This document shows positions 38,301 through 45,246 of a DNA stretch of 64,000 bases, piece by piece; within the stretch, counting starts at the first letter, position 1, and each line of letters opens with the position of its first letter. The DNA lies in assembly GCA_963732655.1 (NCBI GenBank), contig CAVTAI010000003.1, positions 4,940-68,939 on the forward strand, given 5' to 3'. Under the pieces are notes generated by a model. The model was not told the origin of the DNA. It searched no databases and worked only from the letters and a program-made list of their open reading frames with translations. Both the position numbers and the translations under genes were made by a program. The stretch is from an uncultured Acidobacteriota bacterium. GTDB lineage: Bacteria > Actinomycetota > Acidimicrobiia > Acidimicrobiales > SHLQ01.

Positions 38301-38487
38301 CATCGAATTATGGGTCGACGCGGCTTCCCGGGTGTCTGCAGCAGTGGAGACCCACGGCGAGTTCATCGCCGAGCAGGTGCTGGCCACCACGCTCGTCCTC
38401 GGCGGCGCGCCTGATGGCGTGGTCGCCCATCGCGGCAAGGCCGACGGAGAGCCCCTCACCGTTGCCCTACGTCGTACCGACATCTGA
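35317..38487 (+). CDS. ileS: Isoleucine--tRNA ligase
   Basis: 1056 aa. HIGH-type motif PPFANGLPHHGHLL, KMSKS-type motif KLSKKLRN, CP1 editing domain. GTG start 6 nt after the upstream stop. Confidence 0.97.
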   Translation: MNEVPAPPYPRVDKPDFPAIEHAVLDRWKDADTFRRSIDNRASAREYVFYDGPPFANGLPHHGHLLTGYVKDVVPRYQTMRGNRVDRRFGWDCHGLPAEMESEKELGVSGRAAITDYGIGRFNEHCRTSVLRYTAEWEKTVTRQARWVDFDNDYKTMDLPYMESVMWAFKTLWDKGLIYEAFRVVPYSWAAETPLSNFEIRLDDATRPRQDPALTVRFDLEPQPGDPGPMALLAWTTTPWTLPSNLALAVGPDIEYAVLELDGSYVVIGADVLAGFEAQLGHARRHGTVLGRDLVGRTYLPLFPYFAHRTEAFRVIGVEYVDTTEGTGIVHTAPGFGEDDQQAGEANGIPIGDAVPVDDQGRFTEPVTDWLGQNVLEANPAIIRHLKEAGRVLRHDTIEHNYPHCWRTDQPIIYKAISSWYVKVTDIRETLLALNQQINWVPDHVRDGRFGMWLDGARDWSISRNRFWGSPIPVWQSDDPAYPRTDVYGSLDDIERDFGVRPTDLHRPFIDELVRPNPDDPTGQSMMRRVPEVLDCWFESGSMPFAQVHYPFENKDWFETHFPADFIVEYINQTRGWFYTLHVLAGALFDRPAFQNVICHGILLAGDGNKLSKKLRNYTEPDEIFERQGADALRWYLMSTNIVRGGDARISDPGIDDVVRQVLLPIWNAWSFFAMYANADGVRATLRTDSTDVLDRYILAKTRSVVEATTARLDSYDLSGACSEISSFIDALNNWYIRRSRDRFWAPAAAVDPQVKRDAYDTLYTVLVTLCQVAAPFLPLVADEIYRGLTTGVAGTPDSVHLTDWPDPASLPADPALVAAMDRVRDVCSVALRLREDSGLRVRLPLAELIVAGADTSGLRMLSDLVADEVNVKSITLTDDIDRYARFVLRPNGKVLGPKLGGAVQEVFGAARAGQWSREPDGTVAVAGYTLVDGDFDLALESPEGQTAGALPSNDGVVVLDTTITPELSAEGLARDVVRLIQNARKDEDLVITDRIELWVDAASRVSAAVETHGEFIAEQVLATTLVLGGAPDGVVAHRGKADGEPLTVALRRTDI

Positions 38488-38516
38488 CCGGGTCCGGTGA
38501 CGGGATGACGAGCCTC

Positions 38517-38532
38517 ATACCGGTACCGGTAT
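38517..38532. promoter_or_regulatory. Perfect 16-bp palindrome ATACCGGTACCGGTAT immediately upstream of the XRE regulator gene; probable operator
   Basis: Read directly. It ends 11 nt before the GTG start at 38544. Confidence 0.55.
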
Positions 38533-38543
38533 AGACTCGGTCG

Positions 38544-38858
38544 GTGGCGTCCGAGCGGTACTCGCGGCACCTGATCCGCATGGCACGCCGGCGGGCCGGG
38601 CTGACCCAGGCCGAGCTGGCGCGGCGCGCAGGTACGAGCCAGTCCGCAGTGTCGAGCTACGAATCGGGTCGCCGTTCACCGTCGGTCGCCACGTTGTGCC
38701 GCATCGTGGCGGCCGCAGGGTTCGAGGTGCGCATGCGACTCGATGAACCGGATACCCATGATGCGTCCCGCGAACGTGCCGAGGCGATGGTGGGCGACGG
38801 CGCGGTGGCCAACGAGCATCTCGAGCTCTTCCATGAGTTCGGGGGCGGCGAAGCGTGA
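38544..38858 (+). CDS. XRE-family helix-turn-helix transcriptional regulator
   Basis: RRRAGLTQAELARRAGTSQSAVSSYESGRRSPSVATLCRIV is a classic Cro/C1 HTH. GTGA overlap with the next gene. Confidence 0.85.
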   Translation: MASERYSRHLIRMARRRAGLTQAELARRAGTSQSAVSSYESGRRSPSVATLCRIVAAAGFEVRMRLDEPDTHDASRERAEAMVGDGAVANEHLELFHEFGGGEA

Positions 38859-39860
38859 AGCGGCTCATCGCGTTTCTGGTGGCCATCGGGCTGATCGCAG
38901 TGTCGGTCGTGGTTCGGGACATCATCGATGGCGACGACAGCGGTGATGGCCCGGCATCGGGCGATGACGAATCCGGTGGTCCACTGGTGTGCGCGACCGA
39001 GCTCGAGGCCGTGTGCCGGGCGCTCGCCGACGACAACGATCTTCGAGGTCGTGATCGAGAGCCCGGGCGCCACCACGGCGCGCCTGCTCGCGCTCGACCC
39101 CGGCGACGATCCCCAGGTCGGCCTCTGGCTCACTCCTTCTCCGTGGCCAGCGATCGTGGCCGACACCCTCGACCGGGAGGGTCGCCCCGCGGTCCTCGCG
39201 GAACCGGGCGACCCGGTGGCGGCCACCGGGCTGGTGGCGGTAGCGCCCACTGATCGGCTGAACGTATTGCTGGCGGCGTGCGGCGGCGCACTGACCGGGT
39301 CCTGTCTGGCGCAGAACGCCATCGCGCGGTGGGTCGACCTGCCCGGCGGCACGTCCGCCTGGGGACCGGTGCGGCCCGGGCTCGCCGACCCGCTGACCTC
39401 GACCGCCGGATTGGTGGCGCTCCAGTCGGTCGTGGCCAGCTTGGTCGGGCGTGATGACTTCGCCCGCAACGACATCGAGACCGACGCCGTCCTCACCGCG
39501 ATCGAGGGTCTGGCCGCAGTGGAATCGAACCTGACCAGCGCCGGCTCCCCGCTCCAGTTGCTGCTGACGATCGGGCCGGGCACCTACGACGTCGTGATCG
39601 ATCTCGGTGCCGTGGCGCGACCGGCCGTCCAGGCCAGCTCCCGCCGCGACTCCCTCACCGTCCAGGCCGAATCGGACCTCGTGGTCGGTGTGGTTGCCGT
39701 GACTCCGATCGGTGGTCGGTCGCCGATCGCCGCGGTCGACCTCGCGGCGGCGTTACGGGCCGCAGGCTGGGATGATGCGGCGAGCGGCGACTCCGGCGGC
39801 ACACTGAACCCCGGCGTGTACGTGGCGCTGCAGGACGCGTGGCAGGAGGCTGACTCGTGA
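38855..39860 (+). pseudogene. Membrane-anchored solute-binding-protein-like protein (paralogous to the N-terminal half of the next gene), with a frameshift near 39035..39045
   Basis: Frame 2 gives MKRLIAFLVAIGLIAVSVVV...LVCATELEAVCRALADDN. Frame 0 continues IFEVVIESPGATTARLLALDPGDDPQVGLWLTPSPWPAIVADTL.... The pattern parallels CIVIDMAVSSEKIDLLDDLARTFNES...VIWSPAGSAWGAVLNERL in the 39857 gene. The shift direction implies a 1-nt insertion or a 2-nt deletion. Confidence 0.65.
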
Positions 39861-41689
39861 GTATCAGACGGATGGCGGCCGCCATCACGGCCCTCGTGCT
39901 GGTGACCAGTGCGTGTGTCGAGGCCGGGGATCAGGCCGGCGGCGGCGACGACCTTCTCGACGCCGACACGGGCGACTGCATCGTGATCGACATGGCCGTG
40001 TCGTCGGAGAAGATCGACCTGCTCGACGACCTGGCCCGCACCTTCAACGAGAGCGGCGCCGAAGTCGATGGCGAGTGCGTGTTCATCCGTCCCCAGGTCA
40101 AGGCGTCCGGCGGTGCCATGCAGTCGCTGGCCGCGGGATGGAACGAGACCGTCGATGGCCCGCGGCCCGTCATCTGGTCGCCCGCCGGGAGCGCGTGGGG
40201 TGCGGTGTTGAACGAGCGGCTCGACGAGGAAGGTCTGCCGCCGATGACCACCGAGGGCGAGCCGTTCATGCTCACGCCGTTGGTGATCGCCATGCCCGAA
40301 CCCATGGCCCAGGCGCTCGGGTGGCCCGAGGAACCTCTCGGCTGGGCCGACATCTTCGAGTTCGCCCGTTCCGGCGCCGGCTGGGCGGATTTCGGTCACG
40401 AGGAATGGGGTCCGTTCCGCCTCGGTAAGACGAACCCGAACTTCTCCACCAGCGGGCTCTCGGCCTTGATCGCCCAGACGTACGCGGCGACGGGCAAGTC
40501 CTCGGGCCTCTCCATCGAGGATCTCGAGAACCCGGACGTGATCGAGTACGCCCGATCGATCGAGTCGACGGTCGTCCACTACGGGACCACGACCCTGACC
40601 TTCCTCAACAACTGGTACCGGGCCGATCAGCGCGGCACCGCGCTCACCTACGCCTCGGCCGCGGCGGTCGAGGAGAAGTCCGTCATCGACTACAACCTCG
40701 GCAACCCCGACGGCACGCTCGAACCCGGCGAGGAACCCCGCCCGCCCCGAATCCCGCTCGTGGCCATCTATCCCGAGGAGGGCACGCTGTTCTCGGACAA
40801 CCCGTTCTTCATCCTCGACGCCGAGTGGGTCGACGAGAACGAGCGGGCCGGGGCCGTGCTGTTCAGCGAATACGTCCAGCAACCCGATGTGCAGCAGCGG
40901 GTCCTGGAGTTCGGGTTCCGGCCCGGCAATCCATCGGTGGCGGTGGGGGCGCCGATCGTGGCCGCCAACGGCGTCGACCCCACCCAACCCCAGAACTTGC
41001 TGCCCGTGCCGGCGCCCGAGGTCATGGTCGGCCTGCTCGACCAGTGGGCGGAGGTGCGGAAGCCAGCAAGGATCCTGCTCCTGCTCGACGTCTCCGGCTC
41101 CATGGGCGAAGTCGGCGACCCGGAGACGTTCGCCACCAAACTCGATCTCGCCATCGGCGCGGCGATCCGGGCCCTCGACCAGGTCAAAGATGGCGACCAG
41201 ATGGCCTTGTGGACCTTCACCACCGACATGGTGCCCAGAGATCCGGCCGGGACGGCCGACTACGACATCAACGTCCCGTATGCGGAAATCGGCGAGGGCT
41301 CTCGGGCCGACCTGCAATCCGCGCTGAGTGTGCAGTTCCCGCAGAACGGGACCCCGCTGTACACCGCCGTCGGCGCGGCGTACGAGGCCGCGCAGGAGTC
41401 GTACGACCCCACCGCCATCAACGCGGTGATCGTGCTGACCGACGGCCGCAACGAGGACCTCGACCCCGACGACGACCGCGATCAGCTGGAACAGCTGCTG
41501 AGCAACCTGTCGTCGAACTCCGAGGGGCAGCAGAGCCGCCCGGTCCGGGTGTTCACCATCGCCTACGGGGAGGATGCGGACACGTCGGTCTTGCGGCGCA
41601 TCGCCGAGGCGTCGAACGCCGCCACCTACGACGCCAGCGACCCGGCCTCGATCGACCGGGTCTTCACGAACGTGATCTCGAATTTCTGA
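39857..41689 (+). CDS. Substrate-binding-domain plus von Willebrand factor A (VWA) domain lipoprotein
   Basis: Lipobox LVTSAC. SBP-like N-terminal half. VWA MIDAS motif LLLDVSGSM and later VIVLTDGRNED. 610 aa. Confidence 0.8.
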   Translation: MSIRRMAAAITALVLVTSACVEAGDQAGGGDDLLDADTGDCIVIDMAVSSEKIDLLDDLARTFNESGAEVDGECVFIRPQVKASGGAMQSLAAGWNETVDGPRPVIWSPAGSAWGAVLNERLDEEGLPPMTTEGEPFMLTPLVIAMPEPMAQALGWPEEPLGWADIFEFARSGAGWADFGHEEWGPFRLGKTNPNFSTSGLSALIAQTYAATGKSSGLSIEDLENPDVIEYARSIESTVVHYGTTTLTFLNNWYRADQRGTALTYASAAAVEEKSVIDYNLGNPDGTLEPGEEPRPPRIPLVAIYPEEGTLFSDNPFFILDAEWVDENERAGAVLFSEYVQQPDVQQRVLEFGFRPGNPSVAVGAPIVAANGVDPTQPQNLLPVPAPEVMVGLLDQWAEVRKPARILLLLDVSGSMGEVGDPETFATKLDLAIGAAIRALDQVKDGDQMALWTFTTDMVPRDPAGTADYDINVPYAEIGEGSRADLQSALSVQFPQNGTPLYTAVGAAYEAAQESYDPTAINAVIVLTDGRNEDLDPDDDRDQLEQLLSNLSSNSEGQQSRPVRVFTIAYGEDADTSVLRRIAEASNAATYDASDPASIDRVFTNVISNF

Positions 41690-41696
41690 TGTTTCG

Positions 41697-41725
41697 CCCT
41701 CACTCGGTCGCTTCGCTCCCTCCGT
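41697..41725. repeat. 29-bp intergenic repeat CCCTCACTCGGTCGCTTCGCTCCCTCCGT, copy 2
   Basis: Matches 8431..8459 at 28 of 29 positions. Starts 8 nt after the VWA gene stop. Confidence 0.6.
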
Positions 41726-41779
41726 TCGGGCGAGTTTGGGGGAGCGGCTTCGCCGCGCTCGTTGTAGCTGCGCCGGGAT

Positions 41780-41903
41780 GGCGGAGCCACACCGGCGCAG
41801 GGGGAGGGGCTCGCCGGTGCCGCTGGCGGAGCCACACCGGCGCAGGGGAGAGCTGTCGCTGTGCCGGCTGGGTGGGGCCACGTCGGCGCGGGGGGAGGCG
41901 TTG
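41780..41903 (+). repeat. 45-bp tandem repeat, two full units plus a diverged third, directly upstream of the 41904 start codon
   Basis: Units at 41780..41824 and 41825..41869 share GGCGGAGCCACACCGGCGCAGGGG(G)AG. The third unit (41870..41903) reads GGTGGGGCCACGTCGGCGCGGGGGGAGG and supplies the Shine-Dalgarno sequence. Confidence 0.75.
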
Positions 41904-42677
41904 ATGTCGCTGCGTGATCGGTTGCTGACGCGACCGGTGGCCGAGGCGATGATGTCGCCGACGGCCATCGTGTTGACCGGTGTCGGCGCGGCGGCGGCGA
42001 TTCTCGTCGGGCTCGGTCCGATCGGCGCGGTGGTGGCGGGTGTGCTCGGGTGGGCGGGCAAGGTGGCGACGGCGGTGCCCAAGGCGCCATCGAGACCGTC
42101 GATACGTCCGACCGACCTGGGTGAGCCGTGGCGACAGTTCGTGACCGAGGCGGTCGACGCCGAGCAACGGTTCCGGCGCGCCGTCGACCGTACCCGCCCC
42201 GGCCCGCTTCGCGAGCGGCTGGACGGTATCGGCGGGCGCGTGCAACACAGCGTCGACGAATCGTGGGCCATCGCCGAACGCGCCCAACAACTGACCGAGG
42301 CGCGGAGCGCGATCGACGCCGACCGGATCGAACGTCAGCTGGCCCGCGCCGGGGACACCGGCGCATCGGCCGCCGAGGTCGAGGCACTCCAGGCCCAGGT
42401 GGCGACCGCGCAGCGTCTGGACCTGGTCATCGAGGACGCGTACGGCAAGCTTCGCCTGCTCGACGCCCGACTCGACGAGGCGGTGGCTCGGGCCATCGAG
42501 CTCTCGGTCCAAGCGGCTGACGTCGCCGATCTGGAGTCGGTCGACACGCAGGTCGGGGATGTGGTCATGGAGCTCGAGGCGTTGCGGTCGGCGCTCGACG
42601 AGGGAGCGAGCGGCTCATTGGCGGCCGCGGAAGCGACCCTCGATGAGGGTCGCCGTCAGCGTGGGGTCAACGGCTGA
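41904..42677 (+). CDS. Membrane-anchored coiled-coil protein, function unknown
   Basis: Start re-set to ATG 41904 with GGGGGGAGG upstream. Two hydrophobic helices (AIVLTGVGAAAAILVGLGPIGAVVAGVLGWAG), then a long helical Ala/Glu/Arg-rich region. Confidence 0.6.
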   Translation: MSLRDRLLTRPVAEAMMSPTAIVLTGVGAAAAILVGLGPIGAVVAGVLGWAGKVATAVPKAPSRPSIRPTDLGEPWRQFVTEAVDAEQRFRRAVDRTRPGPLRERLDGIGGRVQHSVDESWAIAERAQQLTEARSAIDADRIERQLARAGDTGASAAEVEALQAQVATAQRLDLVIEDAYGKLRLLDARLDEAVARAIELSVQAADVADLESVDTQVGDVVMELEALRSALDEGASGSLAAAEATLDEGRRQRGVNG

Positions 42678-44109
42678 TGTACCAGCCGGAGTCCTCCACG
42701 GCAGTCGCCTCCGCATAGGACGCCATGTTGCCGGGCCACTGGGTGACGATGCGGCCGGACGGACTGCGGTAGTAGGTCGAACACCCGGCGTTCCAGACAG
42801 CCACTCCGTCGAGCCGGCGCTGGATCTCCTCGTTGTACTCGGCCATCGCTTCTTCGCTGATGGCGATCGAGGACAGGTGCTCACGACGCATGCGGTCCAG
42901 GTGCCGAACGATGTATCCGACCTGACACTCGATCATGTGGAGGATCGAACCGTTGTTGGTGTTGGGCCCGTACAGCATGAACAGGTTGGGGAAGCCGGCG
43001 ACGCTGACGCCCAGGTAGGCCTGAGCGCCGTCGGCCCAGGCGTCGGTCAGGAGGGCACCGTCCCGACCGGTGACGGGCATGACCGACAGGTAGTCGATGG
43101 TGTGGAAGCCGGTGGCGCACAGGATCACGTCGAAGGCCCGGTGCTCGCCGTCCGCAGTGCGGATCCCCCGTTCGTCGATGGCGATGATGGGCTCGGTGAC
43201 GAGCTCGACGTTGGGTCGGTTGAAGGCCGGGTAGTACGTGTTCGACACGAGCGGTCGATGGCAGCCGTAGGGATCGGTCGGTGTGAGGCGAGCCCGGAGC
43301 TCGGGGTCGACGACCTGGTCGAGCGCCGCTCGTGCCGATTGCTCGGCGTACGCCCTCGCCGCGGGGTTGGAGAACGTGAGGTTGACGTCGATCTGCTCGG
43401 CGAGGAGCTTCCGCCGCGCCGCGCAACCGTCGGGGTCGGCCCGGAACTCGGCGATCTGTTCGGGCGTGTAGGGGTCGTCGTCGCGAAGGGTGATCCATTG
43501 TGGTGAACGCTGGAACATGCTCAGGTGGGTCGCCGACGCGGCGAGCACCGGGACGGCCTGGACGGCGCTGGCCCCGCTCCCGATCACGGCGACGCGCTGG
43601 CCGGAGACGTCACGATCGTGGGGCCACCGGGCCGAATGGAAGATCTCGCCGTGAAAGCGGTCCAGCCCGTCGATGGTGGGCCAGCGGGGTTCGTTGAACA
43701 TGCCGACGGCGCTGACGACGATGTCGGACTCGAAGACCTCGCCATCGCCGGTCTCCGCCCTCCACGTCGATGACGTGTCGTCCCAGATCAGTCGCGTCAC
43801 CATGGTGTCGAATCGGATCAAGGGCACCAGGCCGTACGACTCCGCGCAGTGCTCGAAGTACGCCTTGATCTCGGCCTGCCCGGCGTAGGGACGGCTCCAG
43901 TCGAGTTTGGGCGCGAAGGAGTACGAGTACAGGACTGACGGGATGTCGCACGCCGCCCCTGGGTAGCGGTTGTGGTACCAGGTGCCGCCGACCCCGGATC
44001 CCTTCTCGAGGATCGTGATGTCGTCGAATCCCGCCTGTCGGGCCTTGATGGCCATCGCCAAGCCGCCAGGACCGGCGCCGATGATCAAGATCCTGCGTGA
44101 GTCCGTCAT
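42667..44109 (-). CDS. Baeyer-Villiger-type flavin-containing monooxygenase
   Basis: Start at ATG 44109. GAGPGG FAD-binding motif, BVMO fingerprint FHGEIFHSARWP (FxGxxxHxxxWP), second dinucleotide motif GSGASA. Confidence 0.88.
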   Translation of the reverse strand: MTDSRRILIIGAGPGGLAMAIKARQAGFDDITILEKGSGVGGTWYHNRYPGAACDIPSVLYSYSFAPKLDWSRPYAGQAEIKAYFEHCAESYGLVPLIRFDTMVTRLIWDDTSSTWRAETGDGEVFESDIVVSAVGMFNEPRWPTIDGLDRFHGEIFHSARWPHDRDVSGQRVAVIGSGASAVQAVPVLAASATHLSMFQRSPQWITLRDDDPYTPEQIAEFRADPDGCAARRKLLAEQIDVNLTFSNPAARAYAEQSARAALDQVVDPELRARLTPTDPYGCHRPLVSNTYYPAFNRPNVELVTEPIIAIDERGIRTADGEHRAFDVILCATGFHTIDYLSVMPVTGRDGALLTDAWADGAQAYLGVSVAGFPNLFMLYGPNTNNGSILHMIECQVGYIVRHLDRMRREHLSSIAISEEAMAEYNEEIQRRLDGVAVWNAGCSTYYRSPSGRIVTQWPGNMASYAEATAVEDSGWYISR

Positions 44110-44190
44110 CGGGCCAGTCTCTGTGCCGCGTCGTGGTCCCGGCCAATTCCGGCTGACGAGACGCACAGGCGCCGTCGCTCCAGGCGCCGT

Positions 44191-45114
44191 CTACAGCAGG
44201 AGCGGCTCGCCCGGTTGATCGAGGGGAGCCCAGCGCCGTCGGAGGTCCAGTTCGGCGCCCGGTGTCGGGCTGCTGAACAGGAACCCCTGGAGGTGGTCAC
44301 ACCCCATGTCGGTCATGGCCCGGGCCTGCTCGACGGTTTCGATGCCCTCGGCAACCACGGTGAGGTGATGGCCGTGGGCCAGGCGGGTGATGGCGGCGAC
44401 GACGCTGTGGGCGCCGACATCATCGGCGGCTCGCCGGACCAGGGGGCCGGCGATCGTCACGTAGCTGAGCGGAAGATGGCCGAGTCGCGGCAGGGTCGTG
44501 CTCCCGGTCTCGATGTCGTCGAGCCCGATCGCCACGCCGAGCGAACGGAGCTCGGCGAGCGCGTCGAGGTTGCCCGGGGTCGCCTGGTCGAGCGAATCGG
44601 CGTGGAGTTCGAGGCGTAGCCGGCCGGGGGCGAGGCCGTTGCGATGGAGCGTGCGGGTCACCTGGCCGATCAGGTCCGGTCGTGACAGGAGGTTGCTCGA
44701 CACGTTGACCGCCACCTGCAGCGCCAGCTCGGGAAAGGCCAGCTGCCAGACGCGGAGCCGGGCGCACGACCGATCCATCATCCAGGTGTCGATCGCCGGG
44801 AGGCGCCCGGTGGCGGCGGCGACGGGCAGGAACTGGGCCGGCATCAAGATGCCGAGGTCGGCGTCTTCGAGGCGGACGAGGCTCTCGAAGGCGACGATGC
44901 GATGGGTGTGCGCTTCGACGATCGGCTGGAACCAGCAGCGGAGGCCGTCGGTGGCCAAGGCGCGATCGAGGGCCGCTTCGACGATGTCGTCGGTCAGCTT
45001 CGGTCGATTCGTCCAGAGTCGTGCCATCGCTTGTTGTTTCGGCACGATGACGCGTCGGCTTGACGAACTCCTGGGCCAATTGGCCCACTTCTTTGCGTCG
45101 GTGACAAGCGGCAC
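44191..45114 (-). CDS. EAL-domain protein (c-di-GMP phosphodiesterase fold) with several non-consensus motif positions
   Basis: ESLVR (for EALxR), VNVSS, ELHAD (for E(L/I)TE), DDIETG (for DDFGTG), EGIE, QG. The start is uncertain; an internal ATG at 45027 is possible. Confidence 0.8.
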   Translation of the reverse strand: MPLVTDAKKWANWPRSSSSRRVIVPKQQAMARLWTNRPKLTDDIVEAALDRALATDGLRCWFQPIVEAHTHRIVAFESLVRLEDADLGILMPAQFLPVAAATGRLPAIDTWMMDRSCARLRVWQLAFPELALQVAVNVSSNLLSRPDLIGQVTRTLHRNGLAPGRLRLELHADSLDQATPGNLDALAELRSLGVAIGLDDIETGSTTLPRLGHLPLSYVTIAGPLVRRAADDVGAHSVVAAITRLAHGHHLTVVAEGIETVEQARAMTDMGCDHLQGFLFSSPTPGAELDLRRRWAPLDQPGEPLLL

Positions 45115-45152
45115 CTGAGCCGAGCCTTGACGGGGTCGACCGAACCGTGGTT

Positions 45153-45167
45153 ACTTACGTAGTAAGT
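45153..45167. promoter_or_regulatory. AT-rich dyad ACTTAC-GTA-GTAAGT in the EAL / MMPL divergent intergenic region; candidate TetR-family operator
   Basis: Read directly. The flanks extend the dyad imperfectly (CCGTGGTTACTTAC / GTAAGTTTACGG). It is unusually AT-rich for this genome. Confidence 0.45.
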
Positions 45168-45246
45168 TTACGGTGTATGTCATGACCGTCGTCAGCCTCG
45201 ACGGCGACGTCCGCACACCGCCGCTGTGCACCGAGGAGTCTGTCCG

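Noticed and set aside
39584-42271. 895-aa minus-strand ORF, the second-longest in the track
   Set aside because: It runs antisense across the SBP-VWA gene, which has clear lipobox and MIDAS motifs, and across intergenic repeats. The translation is G/R/P/D low-complexity. Shadow ORF.
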